Source: Antedon mediterranea (Eukaryota > Animalia > Echinodermata). From it: 64,000 nt of DNA. Of the stretch, positions 62,681 to 64,000 are shown piece after piece (positions within the stretch are counted from its first letter, which is position 1; the number at the start of each line of letters is the position of its first letter). Made by a program: the position numbers and the translations under genes. The DNA is taken from the NCBI RefSeq assembly GCF_964355755.1, contig NC_092671.1, positions 2,232,001 through 2,296,000 on the forward strand, written 5' to 3'. The notes beneath the pieces were generated by a model. That model worked only from the letters and a program-made list of their open reading frames with translations, had not been told where the DNA came from and ran no database searches.

Positions 62681-64000
62681 TTCTTCAAATCTAAATTATT
62701 GTTAATACCTTTAGGGTCCGTATGCACAGATTCCTACATTTCTTTAAAACTAAATTAGATATCTTATATTAAATCAATTTTTGGAAATTTGTAGTATACA
62801 CTGGTGACCCAATACACAACGGCCTACTTTCATTCAATGTATATTTATTTCAATTAATTTAATTTACGATTCCTAACTCTTTGATATAGAAAAACAATGA
62901 GATGTGTTAAATTGGATAGTATGGTATTCCTCCAGGCATTTTGCGAGTCTTTCAAAATTTCTCCAGGTCCAGTAGTAATAGTAATTAATTTAATTTAAAA
63001 CACATTATTTCTGTACCTGTAGCAGTATGATGAATGTATAGGAGTTGGATTGCCAATTTGCATAGTTATTAAATAACAACCGTATTGGATGCCATCTTTA
63101 GGACGCACAACATTATAACCTATAAGCGTGTGTTTCGTTGGCTCTGGCGGCTTAAGTGAAACTTATGTGAAATACACCACCTATTATGCGTTATATCATA
63201 TTGCATAATTCTAACGTTGATATTTTCTTGAAATAAATTATTTGGAACTCTACAGTAAATCTGTTTGAAATCATAAATTGATTACGACTGTTAAAGTTAA
63301 TTTAAATCTTAAGCCTCTTATAATATATCTTTGATACTGCGAATAGCACAGTGTTTACAGCCACTTTTCAAAATCCGAATCTTATCGTATGACCAGCAGC
63401 ATGTTTTTATAACAGATTTAAAAGTAATGTTCTTATGGTAAAATAAAGAAAACACAATAGTCTTGAGAATAATAGGTAAAAGAAAATTAATTCCTTTGGA
63501 GCCACCTAAAAAGAAATTTGATATTTTATTCAATTAGATTGTAAAATGTATTAAAGCTGAACAATGGAATCTATCAATCAGCTTTACACCCTCTGTTTTT
63601 CTTTCGATATTGGAGATTAAGATTTGTATAGGAAATATAATAAGAATTTATTGGTATTAATGGTGGTAACCTAGATATGGTGATTCAACGATTTTGATAA
63701 CCTTTTCTTATGTTCTAGTTCAATTGAACATAAGCAAAATAAGGAAACAGCAATAATACAAATTGTTGACATGATGTACTGTATTTTTAGACGCAGTCAG
63801 TACAGTAGTTGCAGAATAAAGAGACTTGGCAATTTATTGGTGGAGGGGGGGGGGAAGGTTATCAAAATGGAGAGGGATGCTGGAGGGGCCATTGATCCAT
63901 CTGGATTTTACCACTCATACATGTTGTTATGGATGTGCCTACAGTGAAAACACTTTGGTCTGATAAAACATTTTATTGTTCTGAAGAGAACTTGCCTAAA

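Overview
AT-rich (~70% by eye), intron-containing animal genomic DNA. It is probably from an invertebrate deuterostome such as an echinoderm (inferred from Deu-type SINEs and gene content). Four spliced genes were reconstructed by hand from GT-AG exons: IYD (iodotyrosine deiodinase, +, 4 exons), AKIP1 (+, 5 coding exons, missed by the ORF track), NUP37 (+, 7 coding exons) and an ALK1/2/ACVR1(Sax)-type BMP type I receptor (-, 8 coding exons over ~21 kb, convergent with NUP37). IYD has an in-frame TAA directly after its N-terminal membrane anchor. The last ~26 kb has no recognisable coding sequence. The window carries many non-autonomous DNA transposons (PIF/Harbinger-like, Tc1/pogo-like, Kolobok-like), SINE and LINE remnants, and several minisatellites. 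The 497-aa ORF near the end is a 138-bp tandem array that looks derived from a MITE end. Main leads are the IYD internal stop, two spatially separated TA-x-TA motif classes (TAGGCCTA near promoters; TACAGTA/TACTGTA in introns), an intronic RFX X-box cluster in the receptor gene, and the MITE-derived satellite.
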